Source: Naegleria gruberi
Taxonomy: Eukaryota
Direction: 5' to 3' (one strand)
NCBI GenBank assembly: GCA_000004985.1
Contig: GG738895.1
Length of the DNA stretch: 64,000 nt
The notes below the pieces were generated by a model. That model was not told the origin of the DNA. It saw only the letters and a list, made by a program, of their open reading frames with translations, and did not search any database. Positions 33,612 to 43,252 of this stretch are shown here, piece by piece. The first letter of the stretch is position 1, and each line of letters opens with the position of its first letter. The translations under genes were made by a program, and so were the position numbers.

Positions 33612-34388
33612 ATGCAACAAGATCAAGAAGATGCCACAATAGTTTTCCTGCATGATTTCGCTTTCTATAACCAAAATTCTTCCTCGGAATACTTGGTCAA
33701 TCTCTTGAAGAAAAACCTGTCAAGGCCAAGGACAAGATTTAACATGAAAAAAGTTGACAGTTTCCAAGATTTGGAATTGAGAGAAGATTTACTACGAGGA
33801 GTGTATGGATATGGATTAAAACAATTATCAGAAATTCAAACTAAATGTATCATGCCAATAATATCATCCGAACCACCACTAGATGTTGTTTGCATTTCAA
33901 GCTCGGGGACTGGAAAGAAAACTGCATTCTCAATTGCTCTTCTCCAAAGAATAGACTTGGATCATCAAGCGTACTCTAAAGGAGCACCTCAAGCTCTAGT
34001 TATTACACCTACGAGAGAAATGAGTCAAGTCATTTCTAATCACATCAAGAAATTGGCTCATTATTTGGATGTCAAAGTATTACCTTTCCATGGAGGAGTT
34101 TCAACCAAAGAAACAATCCAAGCTCTAAATGAAATTCAACATGTAGTTGTTGGAACAAACAAATTGATGGACTTAATCAGGTTTAAAGTTTTGAATTTGA
34201 AATATTTGAAACTGATAATAATTGACAGAACAGGTTGTGATTGGCTCGACATGTATGATCAACAGATTTTGAGAATTATCAATGCATCAAACAAATTCAA
34301 CCTTCAAATATGTGTCTTTGGCGATTCGAGAAATATAGGATCGATTGAACAATATCTGAAAGATCCAATTTATTGTGAACTGGAGTAG
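33612..34388 (+). CDS. eIF4A-like DEAD-box helicase N-terminal RecA domain only, degenerate motifs (module gene B)
   Basis: Q-motif-like FQDLELREDLLRGVYGYGLKQLSEIQ, interrupted P-loop SGTGKKTAF, motif Ia PTREM, motif II IIDR (in place of DEAD), and FGDSRN in the SAT position. The protein ends before helicase domain 2 (258 aa). About 45% identical to 45766..46560. Confidence 0.65.
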   Translation: MQQDQEDATIVFLHDFAFYNQNSSSEYLVNLLKKNLSRPRTRFNMKKVDSFQDLELREDLLRGVYGYGLKQLSEIQTKCIMPIISSEPPLDVVCISSSGTGKKTAFSIALLQRIDLDHQAYSKGAPQALVITPTREMSQVISNHIKKLAHYLDVKVLPFHGGVSTKETIQALNEIQHVVVGTNKLMDLIRFKVLNLKYLKLIIIDRTGCDWLDMYDQQILRIINASNKFNLQICVFGDSRNIGSIEQYLKDPIYCELE

Positions 34389-34683
34389 AACTCGACAATC
34401 AGAGTATGTTGATTTGTATGCATCATGTCAACTCTGCTGCATATTCATTAAGCAATATTGGACCAAGTCAAGTGATATCTTCTCCAATTTTCAATTCCCT
34501 TGGTGAGTCTCAACTCTTCATTGATATTCAATGATTTTCCTTTTAATGGAAGATTATTTGAAGAGATTAATTACTAGAAATTAATTAGTCTGTTTGGAAA
34601 GTTAAGTTACAAAAATTACAGTAAATCTAGTTATTGGTTAAAGTTCTCAATAACGTATCATAATTAAATACTTTACAAAAAAA

Positions 34684-35775
34684 ATGGGAAACAATCAACA
34701 ACCCACATCCCAACCACCAGTTTTAAAAGATGGCGCTCTTCCGAGTGTTAGTACTCCATCATCAGCATGTTATGAACGCACATTAATGCAAGAATATTTT
34801 CCTAATAATTGTAAATTAATTCGAGTTTGTGATCATGATGAAGAAAATCGAAGGAAACAAGAGGAGAATTTGAAGAATTATCGGGAGAAATACTTGTCTC
34901 GATGTAATGGAATATTGGAGAAGATGTTACCTGAGGAAATTATTGTTGAAATTTTGTATTACTTGCCAATGAAGAGTTTGATCAAATTACAAATGGTTTC
35001 AAAGAATTTTCGCTTGTATTGGACTGAACTTCCTGGATTGTGGGATAAATTTTCAGATTATCCCAAAATGATGTATATTCCAATGGTATACGAAAGTATG
35101 AGAAGTAATTTTGGATATTATAATGAATTTAGACAAAAATTAATTAATTTACATGAAAAGCCAACACGAAATTTTGATTTTACTGGATATCAATACAAAG
35201 CCATCGTTTTGGGAGATAAAAAGTGTGGGAAAACCATTTTGCATAACAGAGTCTTCAAAGGCGAACCATTTTCTCAAGAATATGTCTATACGATCGGAGT
35301 AGATTTTTCTACCACAATTTCCAAACAAAACATATACATTCAATCTTGGGATACAGGTGGAGATGAAAGATTTAGAACAATTAATATCAATTTCTTTAGG
35401 GGTATGAAAGGCCACTTTTACTGCTTTGATTTGAATAATCACGAGTCATTTGAAGTAATGAAGGACATTTTTCAAGATTGGAAGAATGTATATCTCAAAG
35501 GTGAAGACCTTAGTTCATATTTTACTAAGATTTCATTCGCATTGGTGGGATTGAAATCAGATTTGGAACGCAAAGTATCAAGAGATGAAATTCATGAATT
35601 CTTGGAAAATATTGAACCACTGAAGGATAAGACTTTGCACACCAGTAGAGTCCAATACTTTGAGTTGAGTTCTAAAGAAGATTCAATTTCAGATTTACTT
35701 TTTCCATTTGTCTATAGTTATCATAATGTAATGGAAATACCAAGGCAATATTCAACAAGTATAAGTGAAATGTAA
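34684..35775 (+). CDS. N-myristoylated F-box + Rab-like small GTPase fusion (module gene C)
   Basis: MGNNQQ.. has Gly2. F-box LPEEIIVEILYYLPMKSLIKLQMVSKNFRLYW. GTPase motifs: G1 GDKKCGKT, switch I YVYTIGVDF (Rab-type TIGxDF), G3 WDTGGDERF (Gln replaced by Asp), G4 LKSD (in place of NKxD), G5 SSKE. No C-terminal prenylation motif. Confidence 0.7.
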   Translation: MGNNQQPTSQPPVLKDGALPSVSTPSSACYERTLMQEYFPNNCKLIRVCDHDEENRRKQEENLKNYREKYLSRCNGILEKMLPEEIIVEILYYLPMKSLIKLQMVSKNFRLYWTELPGLWDKFSDYPKMMYIPMVYESMRSNFGYYNEFRQKLINLHEKPTRNFDFTGYQYKAIVLGDKKCGKTILHNRVFKGEPFSQEYVYTIGVDFSTTISKQNIYIQSWDTGGDERFRTININFFRGMKGHFYCFDLNNHESFEVMKDIFQDWKNVYLKGEDLSSYFTKISFALVGLKSDLERKVSRDEIHEFLENIEPLKDKTLHTSRVQYFELSSKEDSISDLLFPFVYSYHNVMEIPRQYSTSISEM

Positions 35776-35924
35776 ACAAGATGAGATGTCAATAGTTTCG
35801 GTATTGAAATTATTTACAAATAAGAGAACTAAACCACAATACACTGAATAAGGAATATTCAAACACTTAGGGTCAAAAATCCGAGTTTTAATTAATATCA
35901 GCTTGAAAGATCATAATTGTTTTA

Positions 35925-38900
35925 TTAAATCATTAAGAACTGAACAAAGACCACTAAGCACAATACTTCAGTAACAAAATAGCTAGCATTAGCAACAGAA
36001 ACTCTATCCGATTTTCCAGGTGAACCCCTTCTTGATGGTTCTGGAATTGGTTGGGAAGTACTACTTTTTGGTTGTGGAATAGATGGTTGTGGATTAACAG
36101 GACTCTCTCCATTACAATTCATCTCATAAGCTCCAATATCTGGTGCCTTTCCATAATAAGGCATTCCAACATTAGTTCCCTTATCAATCAATGTAATGTT
36201 GCTGTCACATCTCAATCTAAAATCATTAGCCAAATAATCTTTGAAATAATTGGTGGCATTATTGTAATTATTTTCAAAAATGGTGTTTGGTCCAATAACT
36301 GGTTTCCAAATACCTTGGAAATAGCTCCCAACAATTGCAATATAATTGTAATCAGTTTCCCAATATGGAAGAAGATCAAACTTTGCACTAGAAGTTCCAA
36401 TATTCAAGTCAACCAACTGAATAGTATTGTCCAAGAAGGCATTATTCTTCATGGAAACACTTCTTGGATAGTAACTAATCATTGCCGAATCAAAAATTGC
36501 TTGGAATACCAATTCATCAAGAATGGATCTTGTCAACCCTCTTACTTCCTCAATAATTGAAAGACCAGCATTTGAATACGAGAAAGCACCTGTACTGGAG
36601 CTTAATAACCCTCTTTTTGTAACAGCAGTCCAATATGGATAAGCAAGACCATCTTGATCCAATTGAGGAAGAACATAATCTTTGTGAACTGACATGAAAT
36701 TAGTGTCATTAATCACATTGTTAATGAAATTGATAATTTCAGCCTTATCACCACTTGTTAAATCTGAAGCTGTAGAATAAGATCTAATTCTTGATACAAG
36801 AGTTTCATTTTTGGACCAAACTAATTTGTTTCCATTTTCGGTTGGGTTTACAATACTGTTAAAAAGAGTATTCCAATTTGAAGTGGTAGTACTATCTATC
36901 AAAGCACATCTGCTATTATCTGTCTTGACAGCAAATCTCAAAAATGATTGATAGAATTGATTATTATGCAGCACAACTCTAGCAGCATGATTGACACCAA
37001 CTGGACCTCCAATAAAGACATTTCGTCTGAAGATAACTAAACCATTTTGTTCCATCCACATGTTCTGATTACCAAGTTTGTTAATCAATACGTTATCTTC
37101 GAGAACAATGTTATTGATATTGGTAAATTGAATATTATCTGGATGTTGACGATATGAAGTTTGATGCTCAACTCGATTGTTTTTGATTAGAATATTCCAA
37201 TTACTATATGCCAATTGAGTTCCAGAACCAACCCAAATACCATTATTATAATTCTTGTAAATGTACATGTTCTTAATTTGTGAATCGTTCACCATACTTG
37301 CAAAGTTTACACCATTGTTGTGATTATAACTAATCTTGCCGCCATCAACATTAATATTAGTTGCATCTCTGAAACTAAATCCATTTTCACCATTTCCATA
37401 TGAAGAGCAGTTCAATAATTGAACACTATCAGTGAATTGACCAAAAAATCCCATTGAAGCATACTTTCTAAACATCATATCTTGAACAATTAAACCATCC
37501 CCGTAAACTATTGAAATGCCATTGGTCAAGGCAGATGCTTCAAGCATGACACCACTCACCTTAGGATCCTTATCAAGTGAAACTTGAATGATATTTCCTT
37601 CTGCGGTATATTGATTAGCACGAGAGAATGATCCAATATGATTGGCAATAGCATACGAATCTTTCAAGACTATTCCCATTGGAGTAGTAAGTCCTGGCGG
37701 AATGGCATTAATTCCAATAGTATTGGTAGTGGCATTGTAATAGATAATTGTTCGAGGTTGAATGGCATTTCCAAATTGATTGTAATGGTAGAAATCAGCA
37801 CCAACCCAGAAATTATCTGAAACAGGATTTCCTGCAGCATCATATTTGAACATGTCATCAACTTCCAAATAGACTATTCCATTTAAAGTGTATGAAACAT
37901 TCTTTGGAGTGAGATAATTAGTATGATCATATTCATCATCCAAATCATATGGAAGAGGTTTCATTGCCAAACTCAATTTCTCGCCATCTGCATAAATATA
38001 CGAAGTTGAAACTTGAAGTTGACCCTTATAGATGGAAATTGGTGTGGACATGACCTTTTCCAAATTTTTAGGATCAATAATTAATGAACCATCCAAAACT
38101 GCTGAATAAGTTTTGGAATTTCCAGAGGAAGGAGTTGGTGGATTCAAAGGTTTGATAGTAATTGGATGTTTGGAATGGGTTGGGCGATCAAAATAGATTG
38201 ATTCTCTATAGATACCATTTCCAACAATTAAGGTGTCATCTGGAAGTAACATGTATTGAGCTGCATTCAAAGTTGACCAAGCAGAAGATAGACCAAGACC
38301 ATCATTAGAATCGGATCCACTCAATTGATTAACATAGTAGGTCAATCCATTTCTGTTGTGCATTTGTTTACCTTGATAAACAGTAACAGATTGAGATCTC
38401 AAAGTTGCTCCTTTGGAATTTCCTGGATTTCTGTCATAAAAACCAAATTTCAAGATTTTAAACTTTTGAATAGCACTAGAATCGGTATCTGTTACAATGA
38501 CTTGATAATCATTAGCACTGGAACCCAATTTAGCCAACTGAATTGAAATTCCATTTGAAGACCATTCAGCATAAAGTTTGTAAGTGGAATAAAGCAATGG
38601 GACATGAATTAATGCTAATTTGGAGCTAGAATATAAGCGAACAGATTGACCATTCATAATTCTGGTAATGGACATGGTTGGATACAAACTAATCTTGTAA
38701 TAATTGTTTTGGTCAACCAGGAGAACAAAACCAAGATCATAGCTGGTAGATAGAAAACCAGTTTGCAAATTGCTTGAAAATGTAACACCATCAGTAGTGT
38801 CATACGGAGTGTCATAGGTGACAATCGAATCATTTTGATAAATTTGCAACAATTGACTAGCAATACCAACATTTCCTTTTTGGGTATTCCAACCAGCCAT

Positions 38901-39326
38901 GCCATTGCTAAAATTACTCTGCATCAACACCTTCAAACTATTTGGAGTAGGCAATGCAATAGATTGAATAGTAATCATGTGAGTAATGGTTATCTTTTTC
39001 CCATTCACATCATTATACGAAACGTTTCTCATCACCACAGTTTCGCCAATCGATTGTGTACTATAAACCAGAGCTGAATTATAATTATATAAACCAGTTT
39101 TCAATGGAGAACCATCTGCCATTGAATAAGCGATCTGAACTGAAGTTGAAGAATAGGAATCATTGAAATAGGTAATTCTTGGATTTAAAATTACTGAACC
39201 GAATTGATGCATGATAACTTTCTGGATGGGAGTAACGTAGAGTACATCCTGAACAGTTTGTGCATGTGTAACGGTATGAAAAACTGTCAGGAGGAGCAAA
39301 ATGACAAGTGGCAGTTTTGCTTTCAT
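35925..39326 (-). CDS. Secreted right-handed parallel beta-helix protein (pectate-lyase-superfamily-like), Ser/Pro-rich stalk and GPI-anchor-like C-terminus
   Basis: 1133-aa continuous ORF, ATG verified. Signal peptide MKAKLPLVILLLLTVFHTVTHAQ. The central region has PbH1-like repeats (..NNGVNFASMVNDSQIKN.., ..NRVEHQTSYRQHPDNIQFTNINNIVLEDNVLIN.., ..HAARVVLHNNQF..). The C-terminus is NPQPSIPQPKSSTSQPIPEPS.. followed by a hydrophobic tail. Confidence 0.65.
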   Translation of the reverse strand: MKAKLPLVILLLLTVFHTVTHAQTVQDVLYVTPIQKVIMHQFGSVILNPRITYFNDSYSSTSVQIAYSMADGSPLKTGLYNYNSALVYSTQSIGETVVMRNVSYNDVNGKKITITHMITIQSIALPTPNSLKVLMQSNFSNGMAGWNTQKGNVGIASQLLQIYQNDSIVTYDTPYDTTDGVTFSSNLQTGFLSTSYDLGFVLLVDQNNYYKISLYPTMSITRIMNGQSVRLYSSSKLALIHVPLLYSTYKLYAEWSSNGISIQLAKLGSSANDYQVIVTDTDSSAIQKFKILKFGFYDRNPGNSKGATLRSQSVTVYQGKQMHNRNGLTYYVNQLSGSDSNDGLGLSSAWSTLNAAQYMLLPDDTLIVGNGIYRESIYFDRPTHSKHPITIKPLNPPTPSSGNSKTYSAVLDGSLIIDPKNLEKVMSTPISIYKGQLQVSTSYIYADGEKLSLAMKPLPYDLDDEYDHTNYLTPKNVSYTLNGIVYLEVDDMFKYDAAGNPVSDNFWVGADFYHYNQFGNAIQPRTIIYYNATTNTIGINAIPPGLTTPMGIVLKDSYAIANHIGSFSRANQYTAEGNIIQVSLDKDPKVSGVMLEASALTNGISIVYGDGLIVQDMMFRKYASMGFFGQFTDSVQLLNCSSYGNGENGFSFRDATNINVDGGKISYNHNNGVNFASMVNDSQIKNMYIYKNYNNGIWVGSGTQLAYSNWNILIKNNRVEHQTSYRQHPDNIQFTNINNIVLEDNVLINKLGNQNMWMEQNGLVIFRRNVFIGGPVGVNHAARVVLHNNQFYQSFLRFAVKTDNSRCALIDSTTTSNWNTLFNSIVNPTENGNKLVWSKNETLVSRIRSYSTASDLTSGDKAEIINFINNVINDTNFMSVHKDYVLPQLDQDGLAYPYWTAVTKRGLLSSSTGAFSYSNAGLSIIEEVRGLTRSILDELVFQAIFDSAMISYYPRSVSMKNNAFLDNTIQLVDLNIGTSSAKFDLLPYWETDYNYIAIVGSYFQGIWKPVIGPNTIFENNYNNATNYFKDYLANDFRLRCDSNITLIDKGTNVGMPYYGKAPDIGAYEMNCNGESPVNPQPSIPQPKSSTSQPIPEPSRRGSPGKSDRVSVANASYFVTEVLCLVVFVQFLMI

Positions 39327-39818
39327 TGTGTTTGTTTTTTTTTACTGTGGTGATTTCAATGATAGTTATCATAATTGACTATATTGATTGATTTGCGTAG
39401 TGAGTTTCGTAATTTGTGAACTAAAAGAGTCAACTCCTAGTCAACTGGCGTGTGAAAAGCTTAGAAATTTAAATCTCTCTAAAATTTTATTATTCTGCTG
39501 TCATTGCAATTGACTCTTTGATAAAGCAACAAAATTCAGATCTGGGCAATGGTTTTCCAGGAAAGGAACGGTGTGGCTGGGTTCGCAAAAATTATATCTC
39601 CATTCCATTGCGCCTCAATTACTTTTTTCCGAAAAAAGCGAAACACTGAACGCCACAATTTATACAAACAATTTCTTGAACATTCATTGGTCTCTTCATT
39701 GAATATTGTGAGAACAGTAATCTTAAAAACCTGTAAATGATTGAGGGAAGTAAGTGAATTGGCTTGAAAATGCAGAGATATGTCTATGTGAAAACTATTC
39801 TTTTAAGATAGATGTGAA

Positions 39819-39898
39819 GCAGGGGTTCCCGAGTGGTCAAAGGGGTAGACTCAAGTTCTACTGCGCAAGCTTCGTGGGTTCAAATCCCACCTTCTGCA
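39819..39898 (+). tRNA. tRNA-Leu (anticodon CAA), class II, no intron
   Basis: Hand fold: acceptor GCAGGGG/CTTCTGC (2 G-U pairs), 3-bp D stem CCC/GGG with a GAGTGGTCAAA loop, anticodon stem GTAGA/TCTAC, loop CTCAAGT, long variable arm, T arm GTGGG-TTCAAAT-CCCAC, T-run downstream. Confidence 0.85.
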
Positions 39899-40369
39899 AC
39901 TTTTGTTTCTTTTTCTTTAGTGATTATGACTTGAGCATAATATTGATATTAAATATTTGACATTGTATGTAGAATATAATATGAAAAGATGGTCGCTTTA
40001 TTTCAAGTATATAAAAAGTTAATCAGCAACGATTACAAGCACCTGAATCATCCTCCTTCCTAACAATCCTTGGAAACAGATAAGATGAGCTTAGAGATGA
40101 ACTCAATTTCCAAGTTCTTTAAATGGATGAGATTGAATCACTTATAACACAAATTTTATTAATTGTTGTTTCTTCACAAGTGTAACCTTTTGTTTGTTGA
40201 AACCTTTCTATTACAAATAGTTACTTTTGTCATTTAAGCAATGTAACATTTCAATTATTTCGAATAAATTAGTTTATTGTTATCTTTGACTTTCAACTCT
40301 TTACTTTTGAATAGCCAATCACTCGTATCTAAACATTCTCTTCTCAAAACTATATAGTACAAAACTCGT

Positions 40370-40855
40370 TTAAATCAAAAAGTCAAACTTTTGAAATACT
40401 GGATCAAAATTCGTTGAAAATGAAATACAACCATTAAAGTTTTCCTGTTTCGTACTCTTCACAACAGAGCAACACAAAATTTGGAAAGGTTTAGGTGAGC
40501 TCATATTTGAATCGTACAAGTTAGGAATGGAAGAAGTATCAATTTCAACAATTAGATTACTCGATTCTGGAATACAATGAAAACTCATCTTTTCCCACTG
40601 TGGAGTAAAGCTTGGAAATATGCTGTGTGTTCTACGTGATGAATCAATCACCATAATAATCATGTGTGTCTGTTGTGAGCTATTATTCTCAAAGAAGAGT
40701 CTCAGTTTTTCACCCCTCTTTAACAGATTACTCCTCTCACTTGATTCTCTCGACATTTTACAAGTGTGCATACATTGATAAGCTAGTGATTGTTCCATCG
40801 CCTCAGGTGAATATTGTCGGCTCAATAATTGATGTACTGTAACTTTAGTTGCCAT
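40370..40855 (-). CDS. Hypothetical 161-aa protein
   Basis: ATG-initiated intact ORF. No recognised motifs. Confidence 0.35.
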   Translation of the reverse strand: MATKVTVHQLLSRQYSPEAMEQSLAYQCMHTCKMSRESSERSNLLKRGEKLRLFFENNSSQQTHMIIMVIDSSRRTHSIFPSFTPQWEKMSFHCIPESSNLIVEIDTSSIPNLYDSNMSSPKPFQILCCSVVKSTKQENFNGCISFSTNFDPVFQKFDFLI

Positions 40856-41735
40856 TCTTGTTGATGTTTTTATTGGTTGTGTGTTTTGTTCCTACTTCCC
40901 AATGAGATGTTGTTCTTTCTTTTTTTCCTAGATGTAAGTTGCGTCTTAAATGATTACGATGTGTGGTGGTTGCCAAACAACAATTAACATCAACAGTGAT
41001 GAAACTTGTACCAAGTTCATTGCTAATGGAAGTTCCTTGACTGTGCGAGAAGGAGTTCAGCATCATTTCAATGATGGGATGAAAATAATTTGGAGTGCTA
41101 CTTGCCGAAGTGATGTGACATGGATAGATGGTTCTGCCTTTGATGATGAACAACTCAATGTCGTTTAGTGTGTTTCAATCGTATTATGAAATGTTGTTTG
41201 GTTCATCATGCACACTGCAATCGATAAGGATTCACTGAATTGAAGAAAGGGTGAACCTTGATGAATTCAATGATAATCTAGATGAACATTTTCTGATGAA
41301 TTTTAAAATGATTATGAGATATTGACCTGTGTAACTTTACAGTACTTTATGTAACTTGACAAAGTTCATTAAATTTTTCAAATAAAACCTATATAATAAG
41401 AATGACAAGATTGATTTGGAAATGAATTTCTTCATTATTCCAAGTCATCTTATTCTTCATTAGTTCTTAATTGTTGATTCAAAGAAGTGAACTTGGTGAA
41501 ATAGAAAAATATTTTCAACAAATTTGTGAAATAAATTACAATTTCAATTTATCTTAGCTCTAATCTAGTTGGATTGTTGTTTGTATACTGTTAATAATAA
41601 TTATTTGAATAAATCTAAATATTTGTACAGAGGTATGTGGTGTGTTATGAATGATCATCATTAATATGGTCCAATTTGTTGTTGTATCATCCTCGTAATC
41701 CTTTCGGAAGAAGTGATCATCCACAATTTGTCCAA

Positions 41736-42140
41736 TTATTTCTTGTCATTCTTGAATCTGTGGTTACAACCCGTACAAATCAACCACAAATTCATACCAC
41801 CTTGATTTTCTTTAGTAATACCAAAACCTGTTTGTAGATAGACAACTTCACTGTGGCCACATTTTGGACAAGCACCAATACCAACAGTACCTCTTGGAAG
41901 AGTTGGATCTTTTGTTAATTCGTTCCAATCAATATTACTCCATTGAATATCCTTGGAAGCTTTAATATCGTTTTTATAAACAGTGTATTCATCTGTTGGA
42001 ACTCTTTCACTAAAATCGCAATGTCTACATTTATATTCGAGTGTTTTGAGTCTTCGGTTTTCTCTTGGATACAACATATTGTTGCATTCTGAGCAAAACT
42101 TCATACCCAATGATCTATCGTCTTCAAGATTGTCCTCCAT
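41736..42140 (-). CDS. RNA polymerase II subunit RPB9-like (TFIIS-type zinc-ribbon)
   Basis: N-terminal ribbon FCSECNNMLYPREN..YKCRHCDF (compare RPB9 FCQECNNMLYPKED..YACRNCDY). Linker DPTLPR. C-terminal ribbon CPKCGH..CTGCNHRF. Confidence 0.75.
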   Translation of the reverse strand: MEDNLEDDRSLGMKFCSECNNMLYPRENRRLKTLEYKCRHCDFSERVPTDEYTVYKNDIKASKDIQWSNIDWNELTKDPTLPRGTVGIGACPKCGHSEVVYLQTGFGITKENQGGMNLWLICTGCNHRFKNDKK

Positions 42141-42541
42141 TTTTTTTTAATTAAAATTATTTTATTGTTGTGATAAAAATACACCTTGTTAATTAAACTG
42201 TCTTGTGAAAATAGTGAAGTAAAGGTTCAAGTTGTTGTGAAGGTGATGATCTACGAAACACAGAAGGTATTAATCATTCCGCTTGTTTGTTATTGATGGA
42301 GTCATGTTCTTATTGTTATGTGTTTGGTCCAAACATGAGATTCTTTCAGGCTGGCATTTTTTAGCTTGGGATTTGCCTGTAAAATATTCTTATTGTAAAA
42401 GAACCCTAGACTGGGTTGGCCAAAATTTGCGAAAGTTTGTCGAAAAAAAAATACAAAAAGTAAGTTAATGCCACACCTTCGTACTTATCGTTCTCCTTTC
42501 TACTTGTTTTAAAATGATAAAATTTATTGTTACACAACTAG

Positions 42542-42922
42542 ATGTCTCTTGTTTGGGAAATTACTAAGAACAACAGCTCTTTCTTGAAGAGAACCAAGCT
42601 CTATGATGGTGCTGCATTCAACACTGCTCCAACCAACCCATTGAACATTAACTCTGAAAAGTACACCAAGACTCAAGCTGTTTCCGTTGATGTTACTCCA
42701 AAGGGTAATTTGGTTATCAAGAAGTCCACTTTGGACTGTTCCGTCAGAAAGCCAAAGGAATTCGTCAAGAAGACCAAGGTCACCAAGGGACAAAAGTCAG
42801 TCACCAACTTTGCTAGAAACATTGTTGAAGCCACCGAATCTGAAGATTTCAGAGGTGACTTGAAGGCTGTTTTGGTTGCTCGTGCTGCCAAGTTGTTGAA
42901 GAACAGAAAGGCCAGAAAGTAA
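42542..42922 (+). CDS. 60S ribosomal protein L28e
   Basis: 126 aa. MSLVWEITKNNSSFLKRTKLYDG.. parallels the L28e M..L.W.VVRNCSSFL.KR. It has the basic C-terminus and is arranged divergently with the RPB9 gene. Confidence 0.75.
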   Translation: MSLVWEITKNNSSFLKRTKLYDGAAFNTAPTNPLNINSEKYTKTQAVSVDVTPKGNLVIKKSTLDCSVRKPKEFVKKTKVTKGQKSVTNFARNIVEATESEDFRGDLKAVLVARAAKLLKNRKARK

Positions 42923-43252
42923 ATTTGCTTTTTCCAATAAAAAAACATATAAATTATAACTGTCCAACATTCAACGATGATTCAGCAGAATATTTAAGCT
43001 TATCCATTCACTTTCTATTTCGGTAATCACACGTGTTAATCAAAATAAAAAATTGATTCTCCTTCCCAGGATTTTATTCAAATTGATTGTTAATAAATAA
43101 TTAATTATTTTCAAATTGATTGATTGAAATTGTTTTTCTATTTAAATCTGCAATCCATCATAGATACATTGTTCTTTTAATAAACCATTCAAAAAAAAAT
43201 AGTCCTTCTACTTTTGATCATCCTCTACATTCGTCATAATCCTAATAGTGCC

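Noticed and set aside
40845-41168. Overlapping small ORFs (72 aa + strand with ATG; 102 aa - strand)
   Set aside because: No recognisable motifs, and they overlap each other. The 72-aa ATG ORF (Cys-containing) cannot be excluded as a small protein, but I have no positive evidence.
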